From a virus (Duplodnaviria; Caudoviricetes): a stretch of DNA of 63,046 bases. Shown here piece after piece: positions 17,253 through 25,966 of the stretch. The DNA lies in IMG/VR virus record IMGVR_UViG_3300042673_000070, positions 1 through 63,046 of that record, one strand, 5' to 3'. The notes under the pieces were generated by a model. That model was not told the DNA's origin and searched no databases. It was given only the letters and a program-made list of their open reading frames with translations. Position 1 is the stretch's first letter. Every line of letters begins with the position of its first letter. A program made the position numbers and the translations under genes.

Positions 17253-17890
17253 TGAACCCAATACAAATCGGTCGCCAAAGATTCAGCAACATCTTCTGGG
17301 GCATCGTAGATGAGCGGGTGGATGACTACCCGTACGAGGTCATTGAGAGGATCGTTGAGCAACAACAGAAGTTGCGGTCTGAAGCAGACTACAACACGGG
17401 CTCAGTTCCGTATGACGATGCAGTTGAGTTGTACAAACTGGCGAAGTTCTTTCAGCCGAAGGTCATTGCCGAGGTGGGTACGTTTATTGGTATATCCACC
17501 ATGACTATGAATCTAGCTATGGAGCGTTTGGTAGATATCTATACGTGTGATCATTCCAACAACATTGATCTGGGCGTACCAAATATCTTCCAGTACCCCA
17601 AGAAGTCCTCGACAGATATGTTCAAAGACATGGCCGAGAAAAAGGTTGGTGTGGACTTGCTGTATCTGGATGGCCGGTTGCAGCAGGATGACTTCCAGCA
17701 CTTCCCGAAGATCATCCATGACCAGACCATCTTTGTGTTCGACGACTTTGAAGGCATCGAGAAGGGTGTGGTCAATGCAATGATGTTGGAGGGCGCGAAC
17801 CGACTGCTGATCTATCCACGTGAAGGCAGGAAGACGGCGGTATCACTTCCGTTCACCTTGTTGCAGTTCGTGCCGCAGGAGGCTGTATGA
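17252..17890 (+). CDS. Class I SAM-dependent methyltransferase (Methyltransf_24-like)
   Basis: IAEVGTFIG, DLLYLDG and IFVFDDF motifs. Confidence 0.75.
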   Translation: MNPIQIGRQRFSNIFWGIVDERVDDYPYEVIERIVEQQQKLRSEADYNTGSVPYDDAVELYKLAKFFQPKVIAEVGTFIGISTMTMNLAMERLVDIYTCDHSNNIDLGVPNIFQYPKKSSTDMFKDMAEKKVGVDLLYLDGRLQQDDFQHFPKIIHDQTIFVFDDFEGIEKGVVNAMMLEGANRLLIYPREGRKTAVSLPFTLLQFVPQEAV

Positions 17891-18372
17891 CCGAAAGAGA
17901 AATGATTTTTTATTTAGCCGAGCGAGCAGGGATCGTATTCCGACTCACGAACACTGACGTTACGGTGGAGAAGTTGCAGCGGTTCTTGGAGTTGGTGGAA
18001 GGACATAGGACTAGAGGATGGCGTATCAAAGAACCAAAGGCTAGGAAAGTCACGGACGTAAGTCGAGGCGCAAGAGAAGTACCGATTGATTACGACGGTA
18101 TGGCTACCTTCAAAAAGGAATGGGAGTGGAAGGAGATGGACACGGTTGACTACCGTATCCCAGATATCCGGGTAAGTAACGCAGTGGACAAAAAGACTTG
18201 TGGGTTCTTGTGGTTCTGGCTGAGACCGGAAGGTGGTGTACACAAGCCGGGATTGAACCTGACTCTGCCGGGAAATGGGTTTGTCCTGACGTTGTACACA
18301 CGACGATCTAAGTACCGACTCCGTTTCCGAAAGGGCATCAGACCGATGTTTATATGGGGGAAGGAGCCATGA
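17887..18372 (+). CDS. Hypothetical protein
   Basis: 161 aa, ATGA overlap. Confidence 0.6.
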   Translation: MTEREMIFYLAERAGIVFRLTNTDVTVEKLQRFLELVEGHRTRGWRIKEPKARKVTDVSRGAREVPIDYDGMATFKKEWEWKEMDTVDYRIPDIRVSNAVDKKTCGFLWFWLRPEGGVHKPGLNLTLPGNGFVLTLYTRRSKYRLRFRKGIRPMFIWGKEP

Positions 18373-18406
18373 CTCTCGACAACATACGTGCGAGGGGAGA
18401 AAGCAA

Positions 18407-18523
18407 ATGATCAAGTGGCTACTAGGTTTCTTCAAACGGGCTGAAGAGTTTCGCAGGAAAGAGTGGGCGCACGTGCCGCCCCCTGCATGGGGAGCGAAGC
18501 GTGGTGGGAGGGATTACTGGTGA
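18407..18523 (+). CDS. Small hypothetical protein (38 aa)
   Basis: MIKWLLGFFKRAEEFRRKEWAHVPPPAWGAKRGGRDYW, GGAG RBS, stop overlaps the next GTG; below the ORF-track cutoff. Confidence 0.5.
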   Translation: MIKWLLGFFKRAEEFRRKEWAHVPPPAWGAKRGGRDYW

Positions 18524-20391
18524 GTGAAAAGAAAGGGCAGACCCTAGCGGATGCAGTAAAGTTTATCTTTGACAAGGGCTTGGCAGCGGCGGGTGAAGGC
18601 AAGTATGACGAGGCTATCGGCATCCTTGAGAACATCAACCAGATTCACCCTGCTCTTGTCGCATCTGCTTTGCAGACCGGGCGTTGTCACTGGGAGATGC
18701 ACCGTTGGCAACCGGCGAGAAAGTATTTTGAGTTAGCGCATCGTCTCGACCCGACCAACGACGATACGGCGTGGACTCTGGGTCTGCTCTCTCTTCAGAT
18801 GGGTGACTTCAAAACCGGGTGGGAAGGTTACGAGCGACGATGGGGCAGCAAGACATTCTCATCTCCACGTATCTCTACGATCCACCCACAGTGGGAGCAG
18901 GGTCTTGGCTTGGAGCGTCCGATTGTGTGGACGGAGCAGGGCATCGGTGATCAGATTCTCTACGCATCGCTCATCGAGGCGTTGGCGAAGGAGGTCGAGT
19001 CCGTTGTTGTTCTAGTTGATATGCGGTTAGCCCCACTCCTGCAACGTGGATGCAAGGCCGAGAACGTCACGTTCCTGCCGCACAATGCCAAGGTCAAGAT
19101 GACGGAGCATGACTCGCACATCCCCATCGCGAGTCTTGGTAAATACTTCATCAATAGTGTTTACGACATTGAGCCAAGTCGTAGCGAGGGCTACATCAAG
19201 GCTGATCCGCATCGGGTTGGGTTACTGAAGAAAGAGTACGGGCTTGAGAACAAGCGCATCATCGGCCTGTCATGGGCAAGTACTGCACCCGCTATCGGTA
19301 CGCACAAGTCTGTTGGGTTGGAGGGGTTTAGATCGCTGTTTGATATTCCCGACAGCGTGTTCATCAATCTTCAGTACGGCAAGCCGCAGGACGAGGCTAA
19401 GGACTTTCATCCGAACCTGATTACGACGCACATCGACACTTTCTTGGACTTGGAGAACGTCGCTGCGCTCATGGAGTTGTGCGACATAATTGTTTCTCCA
19501 TCGAATGCCAACGTGCATCTAGCCGCTGCGATGGGTAAGCCTGTCATGCTGCTCGATGCGAACAAGTTATGGTATTGGAATAACCGCAAGGGGTATCGCA
19601 GTATGTGGTATCCCGAGGTCAAGATTTTTCAGCGCGAGAACATGAACGCGCCGTGGGACTTGCAGGTAAAGCAGGTCAAAGAAGAGTTGAAATACATGTA
19701 CATGTTAAGTGGGCGACCAGTTAACCACTTTGCTTTCTTCCACGTGGGCGATGACATTTCTCAGCCACAGAAGATGGTGAAGTCTCTGCTGCGGCACAAC
19801 TTTGACGCATTCATCACGATGTACACGGACAAGGCCACACCGGATGTGATGGGTATCACGCGACGGGTGGAGAGCGAAGTTAATCGGGAAGAGTTGTGCT
19901 ACCACCGAGTCAAGGCATACGCCGAAAGTCCTGCAAGTTTCACCGTACCCGTTATGTACTTGGATACGGATATGTTGGTGCAGGACAAAATCGTGGTGAA
20001 AGACTTGTTGGAGCCATACAAGCACGTAGCGTTTCTGCGAAGAGAGTTCCATCGTGACGCGATCTTCAATGTTGACCAACGTGGGATCAACTTCTCCGAG
20101 TACGAAGGCAAGACGATTGACAAGGTGTATCCGTACGTGGGTTGCACAGTTGTGGCAGAAGGCGTTCATGTGTGGAAGGATTTACTGGCGATTTACGATG
20201 CACTCGATCCGAAGTTCCGCAAGTGGTATGGCGATCAAGAAGCGTTACGTATCTATGCCAAGAAGTACCCCGAGCGAGTGAGCGAGATACAGGAGTCTGT
20301 GTACGGTTGTTTACCTGAACACAAGACCGACGATGCCAAGATCCTGCACTTCAAGGGCGAGGCACGAAAGAAGTTGTTTGAGGTGGCGTGA
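18520..20391 (+). CDS. TPR + GT-B glycosyltransferase fused to a GT-A (GT8-like) domain
   Basis: TPR-like N-terminus, GWEGYERRW, EQGIGDQ, INLQYG, NANVHLAAAMGKP; C-terminal YLDTDML, WYGDQEAL, ILHFKG. Confidence 0.8.
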   Translation: MSEKKGQTLADAVKFIFDKGLAAAGEGKYDEAIGILENINQIHPALVASALQTGRCHWEMHRWQPARKYFELAHRLDPTNDDTAWTLGLLSLQMGDFKTGWEGYERRWGSKTFSSPRISTIHPQWEQGLGLERPIVWTEQGIGDQILYASLIEALAKEVESVVVLVDMRLAPLLQRGCKAENVTFLPHNAKVKMTEHDSHIPIASLGKYFINSVYDIEPSRSEGYIKADPHRVGLLKKEYGLENKRIIGLSWASTAPAIGTHKSVGLEGFRSLFDIPDSVFINLQYGKPQDEAKDFHPNLITTHIDTFLDLENVAALMELCDIIVSPSNANVHLAAAMGKPVMLLDANKLWYWNNRKGYRSMWYPEVKIFQRENMNAPWDLQVKQVKEELKYMYMLSGRPVNHFAFFHVGDDISQPQKMVKSLLRHNFDAFITMYTDKATPDVMGITRRVESEVNREELCYHRVKAYAESPASFTVPVMYLDTDMLVQDKIVVKDLLEPYKHVAFLRREFHRDAIFNVDQRGINFSEYEGKTIDKVYPYVGCTVVAEGVHVWKDLLAIYDALDPKFRKWYGDQEALRIYAKKYPERVSEIQESVYGCLPEHKTDDAKILHFKGEARKKLFEVA

Positions 20392-21059
20392 TGAAAATCT
20401 TTATTGGTTGGGACAGTCGTGAAGACATTGCATATCAGGTGTGCAGGGAGTCGTTGGCTAGGAACTCTTCCGAATGGCTCGACATCAAGCCGATCAAGCA
20501 GCAGGAGATGCGTGAGCGTGGCCTGTACTGGCGGGAGCATGACCCTCTCTCCTCTACTGAATTCTCCTTCACCCGTTTCCTCGTGCCGTATCTTGCAGGA
20601 TACAGCGGGTGGGCATTGTTCATGGACTGTGATTTTCTCTGGCGAGGAGATGTGGCAGGGATCATGGACTACGCTGATCCGAATGTCCCGGTCATGGTGG
20701 TGCAGCACAGGTACAAGCCGAAGGAGACGACCAAGATGGACGGTGCGGTACAACACCAATACCCGAGAAAGAATTGGTCGAGCCTGATGCTGTTCAACTG
20801 CGGCCACGAGAGCGTGAAGCATGGCCTGACATTGGAGCAGGTCAACATTGGCACTGGGATGTACTTGCATCAACTCAAGTGGGCAGGGACACACATTGGT
20901 GCGCTGCCGATTGCATACAACTACTTGGAAGGGTGGCATACGAAGAACGACTGCCCGAACCCGGTGGCGGTTCACTTCACCCGAGGTGGCCCGTGGTTCA
21001 AGGACTGGGGCAACGTGGAATATGCCGACGAATGGTTAGCAGTAGCGAAGGAGATGTGA
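20388..21059 (+). CDS. GT-A glycosyltransferase (GT8-like)
   Basis: IFIGWDSRE, STEFSFTRFLVP, DxD motif FMDCDF, KNWSSLMLFN, VHFTRGGPW. Confidence 0.85.
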   Translation: MMKIFIGWDSREDIAYQVCRESLARNSSEWLDIKPIKQQEMRERGLYWREHDPLSSTEFSFTRFLVPYLAGYSGWALFMDCDFLWRGDVAGIMDYADPNVPVMVVQHRYKPKETTKMDGAVQHQYPRKNWSSLMLFNCGHESVKHGLTLEQVNIGTGMYLHQLKWAGTHIGALPIAYNYLEGWHTKNDCPNPVAVHFTRGGPWFKDWGNVEYADEWLAVAKEM

Positions 21060-21060
21060 C

Positions 21061-21348
21061 ATGGCAAGAGTAGAAGCAGCGGTGAAGCCGCCGAAGGATG
21101 CAGAGTACGCCGAGTTGATCGTGGATAAGACCCACGTGAAGGCTGTGCCGAGCGAGACGGTATGGGCAAAGATTGGTGACAACGGCGGTCTTGAAGTCAT
21201 CCGATGGGACATCATTGAGATGTACGCCAAGCAGTATGACATCGACAACAAAAATCGTTCGCAGTCACACGTGATGTGTAAATTGTTGGTGTTGGTACGC
21301 GACCAAACGAGGAAAGAGTGTGGAGAAAAAGTACACGAAGCCAACTAG
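21061..21348 (+). CDS. Hypothetical protein
   Basis: 95 aa, in operon. Confidence 0.65.
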   Translation: MARVEAAVKPPKDAEYAELIVDKTHVKAVPSETVWAKIGDNGGLEVIRWDIIEMYAKQYDIDNKNRSQSHVMCKLLVLVRDQTRKECGEKVHEAN

Positions 21349-21730
21349 GTTTAACCTGACGCTGACGTTTGAGCAGTACAAGTTTTTATTAGAGCGTAAG
21401 CGTAAGGCGCGAGAACTTGACGAGCGGATCAGGTACAAAGATTTAGTTGAGCAGTGGGGTGTTCCGCAGTATTTCATGGCTACAGCAATGTACAGAGGGA
21501 TAAGACAATATGACAACAGAATCAAAGCCGAAGGTGGCAACAGAAACGTCAATGATTGTGGACAATCTGTCCCCGCCCGGCGCGTGGAAAGACGAGATGA
21601 GTGCTGCCCCTTGGGGTTATGGGCAAAGTCAGCAGACGCTCGTCGAGCGATCATTGCAGAATATACGGAGAGCGGGGTTGTCCAACGAGGCTACAGTCCT
21701 TTCGTTAGAGCTTCTTACTTTGAGGAATGA
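21320..21730 (+). CDS. Hypothetical protein (possible DNA-binding N-terminus)
   Basis: 136 aa; C-terminal part overlaps the next ORF extensively. Confidence 0.45.
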   Translation: MEKKYTKPTRFNLTLTFEQYKFLLERKRKARELDERIRYKDLVEQWGVPQYFMATAMYRGIRQYDNRIKAEGGNRNVNDCGQSVPARRVERRDECCPLGLWAKSADARRAIIAEYTESGVVQRGYSPFVRASYFEE

Positions 21731-21761
21731 ACTGGAGTATCTGCGAGGGCTAAAAGGATAG
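21552..21761 (+). CDS. Hypothetical protein
   Basis: MIVDNLSPPGAW..., in frame with ORF 21510-21761; start uncertain. Confidence 0.5.
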   Translation: MIVDNLSPPGAWKDEMSAAPWGYGQSQQTLVERSLQNIRRAGLSNEATVLSLELLTLRNELEYLRGLKG

Positions 21762-21777
21762 GGTAAAATTATGCCCC

Positions 21778-22203
21778 ATGAAGATCACCTACGGGCAAGT
21801 TGATCCTTCAAACCGGGGGGTCAAGCGGCAGTTAAAAGTCTTGCAGAAGGCATGTCTGCCAGCCGATAGCCTTTACTTTCCAGAGGACGGGGTATGGTGG
21901 ATGGCGCACCACAGGGCTACCCCCGTAGGATTTAGTTGTTTGTCGCCATCACAGCAAATGGAAGACGGTATATATCTGGGTCGTTGCGGTGTGCTGAGTG
22001 CCTACCGGGGGTACGGAATTCAGCGGCAGATGATCCGACTGCGAGTTCAGTGGGCAAGAAGGCATGGGTATAAATGGGCTGTGTCGGATACCACTGACAA
22101 TATACCGAGTGCCAACAACCTGATCTCGTGTGGTTTCAGACTCTACACCCCCAAAGTTTTGTACTCGTTCGCACGAGCGTTGTACTGGAGGAAGAAACTT
22201 TGA
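21778..22203 (+). CDS. GNAT acetyltransferase
   Basis: Acetyl-CoA motif V..AYRGYGIQ and NIPSANNLISCGF. Confidence 0.85.
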   Translation: MKITYGQVDPSNRGVKRQLKVLQKACLPADSLYFPEDGVWWMAHHRATPVGFSCLSPSQQMEDGIYLGRCGVLSAYRGYGIQRQMIRLRVQWARRHGYKWAVSDTTDNIPSANNLISCGFRLYTPKVLYSFARALYWRKKL

Positions 22204-22212
22204 GGGGGGTTC

Positions 22213-22593
22213 ATGCCATTCAAGGACGAGGCCATCAGGAAGGCCAAGCAAAAGTTGTATTCAAGGAAGTGGTACGAAGGGAACAGACGAGAAGTTATAA
22301 AGAAAGCGAGGAAAGTTAGAGATAAAAGCAGAGCAGAGTGGACTGCGTACAAGGCGAAGCAGCAATGTAGTCATTGTCGCAAAAAACATCCTGCGATTAT
22401 TGACTTTCATCACGTGATCAAAGAAGGTAAGCGATCCGTTAACCGTTTAGCGTTAAAGCAAAACAATGTACTGGAAGCGATCAGAGAGGCGGAGGAGAAG
22501 TGCATCCCGCTTTGCTCCAACTGCCACCGGATACACCACTGGCACGAGACAAGAAGAGCAATACACAAAAGGAGAAAGAAGAGTGGAGATTGA
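22213..22593 (+). CDS. HNH endonuclease
   Basis: CSHC...IDFHH...KCIPLCSNCHRIHH. Confidence 0.8.
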   Translation: MPFKDEAIRKAKQKLYSRKWYEGNRREVIKKARKVRDKSRAEWTAYKAKQQCSHCRKKHPAIIDFHHVIKEGKRSVNRLALKQNNVLEAIREAEEKCIPLCSNCHRIHHWHETRRAIHKRRKKSGD

Positions 22594-22792
22594 AGATGAC
22601 ATACTGGACTTGATACGTGCGTTACCGAACGAGGTGAATGACGCATCAACAACCACAGAGATGAAGTTTTTGACGGTGGGTAGCGTGTTGTGGCAGTGCC
22701 ACCACGAGATCAAATACTTACGGGCTGAAGTGGAGAGATTGAAGAATGGTAGTCGTCGTAAAAGAAAGAAGATGTACGGAGTGCAAACGTAA
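22583..22792 (+). CDS. Hypothetical protein
   Basis: GTG start after AGGAG, 3' part of ORF 22466-22792. Confidence 0.55.
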   Translation: MEIEDDILDLIRALPNEVNDASTTTEMKFLTVGSVLWQCHHEIKYLRAEVERLKNGSRRKRKKMYGVQT

Positions 22793-22922
22793 GTTCGCCA
22801 CACCCGAGTCCTTCAGGGCACATAAATACAAGTTCGGCCAATGCCGATCCCCTGAAGCCCTAGCAATAGCCGGGTTCGTTGAAACCGGAAAGGGGTGGAA
22901 ACAAATCAGAGTGCAAGAATGA
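22746..22922 (+). CDS. Small zinc-finger protein (58 aa)
   Basis: MVVVVKERRCTECKRKFATPESFRAHKYKFGQC...; stop overlaps the polymerase ATG; below the ORF-track cutoff. Confidence 0.6.
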   Translation: MVVVVKERRCTECKRKFATPESFRAHKYKFGQCRSPEALAIAGFVETGKGWKQIRVQE

Positions 22923-24733
22923 ATATCCTAACGATTGATTTTGAAACGTACTACGACAGGGAGTTCTCCTTGTCCAAGATGACCACGGAGGAATACATCC
23001 GTGATGATCGGTTTGAAGTTATTGGTGTAGCCGCTGCGTTGAATGACTCCACGCCGGAGTGGTTTAGTGGCACACATAAAGAAATTGCAGATTGGCTAGC
23101 GAAGTTTGACTGGCCGAACCTTTTTGTCCTCGCGCACAACATGCAGTTTGACGGAGCAATTCTGTCGTGGCAGTTCGGCATCAAACCGAAAGGCTGGCTA
23201 GATACGCTGTGCATGGCGCGGGCTAAACATGGTGTGGATGCGGGCGGTAGCCTCAAAGCCCTCGCTGAAAGATATGAACTAGGAGTGAAGGGCAATGAAG
23301 TCGTTAGTGCGCTTGGCAAACGCCGTGTGGATTTTTCTGCTGAAGAACTTGGTCGCTATTCTGATTATTGTATTAATGATGTTCGCCTTACCTATGATCT
23401 TTTTAATCATCTTGGTATGGGGTTTCCTGCGCGAGAACTCAGGGTTATAGACCTGACGCTACGGATGTTCATTGAGCCGACGCTTGAACTGAACCTGCCG
23501 CTGCTTGAATCGCATCTGGAGTCGGTCAAGGAGAAGAAGGCTGCGCTACTGGCTGCGGCTGAGGCCGACCGCGAGTCGTTGATGAGCAACGACAAGTTCG
23601 CAGAGCTTCTGACCAACCTAGGTGTCGAGCCTCCTAAAAAGATCAGTGCACGTACTGGGAAGGAGGCTTGGGCGTTCGCAAAGACAGATGAGCAGTTCAA
23701 AGAACTTCTCTCCCACCCAGACCCCAGAATCCAGACGTTAGTGGGGGCTCGACTGGGTACGAAAACCACTCTTGAAGAGACGCGTACGCAGAGGTTTATA
23801 GATATCGCTTTGCGAGGGGCCTTGCCAGTACCCATCAAGTACTACGCTGCCCACACCGGGCGATGGGGTGGGGACGACAAGATCAACCTCCAGAACCTAC
23901 CCCGCGAGAGCAAATTGAAGTCGGCAATCTTGGCTCCGAAGGGCTACGTCATGATCGACTGTGACTCATCACAGATCGAAGCCCGTACGGTGGCGTGGTT
24001 GGCGGGGCAGAACGACCTGCTCGATGCGTTTGAGAAGGGTGAGGATGTCTACAAGATCATGGCATCCACCATCTACAACAAGTCCGTGGACGACGTTACC
24101 AAGGGCGAACGCTTTGTCGGCAAGACCACGATTCTCGGAGCCGGGTATGGCATGGGTGCTGCCAAGTTCCAGATGCAGTTAAAGACGTTCGGAGTGGACG
24201 TTGAGTTGGAAGAGTGCAAGCGCGTCATTGATGTCTACCGAAGTACATACCCGTCCATCCCCGCACTTTGGCGACAAGGGCAGCGGTGCGTCGAAGCGAT
24301 TGTGACTAACAAGGCTTGCCAGTTCGGGGCGGTAGATGCTGTACTGTTTGATCCCCGCGAGTGCGGATTCCTTTTACCTAGTGGACTGTGGCAGCGGTAT
24401 GAAGGTTTGAGAAAGGTAACGGACGCAGACGGCAAAGAGCAGTACGAGTACCACACCCGCAAGGGCGTCACTAAGATTTATGGCGGAAAGGTAGTTGAAA
24501 ACATCTGCCAAGCCGTAGCAAGATGCGTAATCGCTGAACAGATGATACGTCTTTCAAAGAAGTACCGAGTTGTGCTGACCGTACATGACGCGATTGCCTG
24601 TATTGCTCCCGAGGCTGAGGCCGAAGAAGCACAGGCGTATGTTGAAGAGTGTATGCGATGGCGACCGGCGTGGGCTGCAACACTACCGCTCAACTGTGAG
24701 TCGGGTGTTGGTAAAAGTTACGGGGATTGCTGA
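22919..24733 (+). CDS. polA: Family A DNA polymerase with 3'-5' exonuclease
   Basis: Exonuclease IDFET/AHN..FD; TGRWGG..INLQN; motif A DSSQIEAR; motif B RFVGKTTILGAGYG; motif C TVHDAI. Confidence 0.95.
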   Translation: MNILTIDFETYYDREFSLSKMTTEEYIRDDRFEVIGVAAALNDSTPEWFSGTHKEIADWLAKFDWPNLFVLAHNMQFDGAILSWQFGIKPKGWLDTLCMARAKHGVDAGGSLKALAERYELGVKGNEVVSALGKRRVDFSAEELGRYSDYCINDVRLTYDLFNHLGMGFPARELRVIDLTLRMFIEPTLELNLPLLESHLESVKEKKAALLAAAEADRESLMSNDKFAELLTNLGVEPPKKISARTGKEAWAFAKTDEQFKELLSHPDPRIQTLVGARLGTKTTLEETRTQRFIDIALRGALPVPIKYYAAHTGRWGGDDKINLQNLPRESKLKSAILAPKGYVMIDCDSSQIEARTVAWLAGQNDLLDAFEKGEDVYKIMASTIYNKSVDDVTKGERFVGKTTILGAGYGMGAAKFQMQLKTFGVDVELEECKRVIDVYRSTYPSIPALWRQGQRCVEAIVTNKACQFGAVDAVLFDPRECGFLLPSGLWQRYEGLRKVTDADGKEQYEYHTRKGVTKIYGGKVVENICQAVARCVIAEQMIRLSKKYRVVLTVHDAIACIAPEAEAEEAQAYVEECMRWRPAWAATLPLNCESGVGKSYGDC

Positions 24734-25398
24734 TGTCAGTACAGTACAGTTGGTCATACTCATCGTTGGACTTGTTCCTGCAATGTCCTCACAAGTACTA
24801 CCGTCTCAAGGTCAAGAAGGATATCAAGGAGCCGGTGAGTGACCATCTGGTCTACGGGCTGGACGTACACAAAGCCGCCGAAGATTACATCAAGGAAGGC
24901 AAGCCGATACCCGAGAAGTTTGGGTTCATCAGACCCCTACTGGACAAACTGAACGCCTACGAGGGCGAGAAGTTGTGCGAGTACCGGATGGGGCTGACCC
25001 GCAATCTGGAGCCGTGTGGGTTTTTCGACAAGAAAGTCTGGTGGCGCGGCATAGCAGATTTAATTATCCTGAACGGTGACTCTGCAAAAATCGTTGATTA
25101 CAAGACGGGTGGCTCATCCAAGTACGCAGACACCAAGCAGTTGGAAATCCTGTCGCTGGCGGTGTTCAAGCACTTCCCGCAGGTCAAGCGCGTGAAGGGC
25201 GGCCTACTGTTCGTAGTAGCCAACGATTTCGTCAAGGGCGACTTTGATGTGGAGAAGAGTGATATCTACTGGCAGCGATGGCTGACCAATACGACTCAAC
25301 TTGAAAAAGCGTTTGAAGTCGATGTATGGAACCCAAGACCCAACTTCACGTGCAGGAAGTGGTGTCCGGTAAAAGACTGCACACATAACGGGAAGTAA
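24733..25398 (+). CDS. PD-(D/E)xK exonuclease (RecB/Cas4-like)
   Basis: WSYSS...CP, RGIAD, IVDYKTG, QL, C-terminal CRKWC...C. Confidence 0.85.
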   Translation: MSVQYSWSYSSLDLFLQCPHKYYRLKVKKDIKEPVSDHLVYGLDVHKAAEDYIKEGKPIPEKFGFIRPLLDKLNAYEGEKLCEYRMGLTRNLEPCGFFDKKVWWRGIADLIILNGDSAKIVDYKTGGSSKYADTKQLEILSLAVFKHFPQVKRVKGGLLFVVANDFVKGDFDVEKSDIYWQRWLTNTTQLEKAFEVDVWNPRPNFTCRKWCPVKDCTHNGK

Positions 25399-25400
25399 CC

Positions 25401-25724
25401 ATGAGTGATATCAGGATACAGTTGAGCAAGTCAGACCCAGAACAGGTATGGATGCACGACTATGAGTACGAATACCCAGAAAGTAACAACGGCGGTAACA
25501 GCGATTACTTGATACTCAAGATCGTCAATAACTGCGGTAATCCAATCTCGGTTTTAGCGTTTGACGGTACTAGTTCTGATCCGTTATTCCACGAAGACAT
25601 GATCCAGGAATTACATATTAAGATAGACGGTGCGATGGAAATAGCCGCACTAAAAGAAATGCTTGAGTTAATTGAGAAAGCCCATGAAATTCAGGACGCA
25701 CTCAGGAGGAAACATGGCACGTGA
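25401..25724 (+). CDS. Hypothetical protein
   Basis: 107 aa, in operon. Confidence 0.6.
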   Translation: MSDIRIQLSKSDPEQVWMHDYEYEYPESNNGGNSDYLILKIVNNCGNPISVLAFDGTSSDPLFHEDMIQELHIKIDGAMEIAALKEMLELIEKAHEIQDALRRKHGT

Positions 25725-25965
25725 CTACCGTCGTGAATACGACAACTACCAAGGCAAACCCGAACAACTGAAGAACCGCGCCAAGCGCAATGCGGCTCGT
25801 GCCAAGATGATGAAGGCCGGGCGTGTGCAGAAAGGTGACGGTAAAGATGTTGACCACAAGCAACCGCTCAGCAAGGGCGGGTCAACCAGCAATAGTAACT
25901 TAAAGGTTACTAGCGTTCATGCTAACCGCTCGTACAAGCGGCAGAAGGACAGGAAACCTGCCTGA
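25714..25965 (+). CDS. Small HNH-like protein
   Basis: DVDHKQPLSKGG...NL......NR; AGGAGG RBS. Confidence 0.75.
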   Translation: MARDYRREYDNYQGKPEQLKNRAKRNAARAKMMKAGRVQKGDGKDVDHKQPLSKGGSTSNSNLKVTSVHANRSYKRQKDRKPA

Positions 25966-25966
25966 C

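Noticed and set aside
17252-21059. DNA hypermodification pathway
   Set aside because: No hydroxymethylase, TET/JBP-like or deazaguanine genes recognised, and the methyltransferase lacks DNA MTase motifs. Not fully excluded without nucleoside analysis.
24733-25398. Cas4 as part of a CRISPR system
   Set aside because: Standalone PD-(D/E)xK exonuclease in the usual phage replication module.
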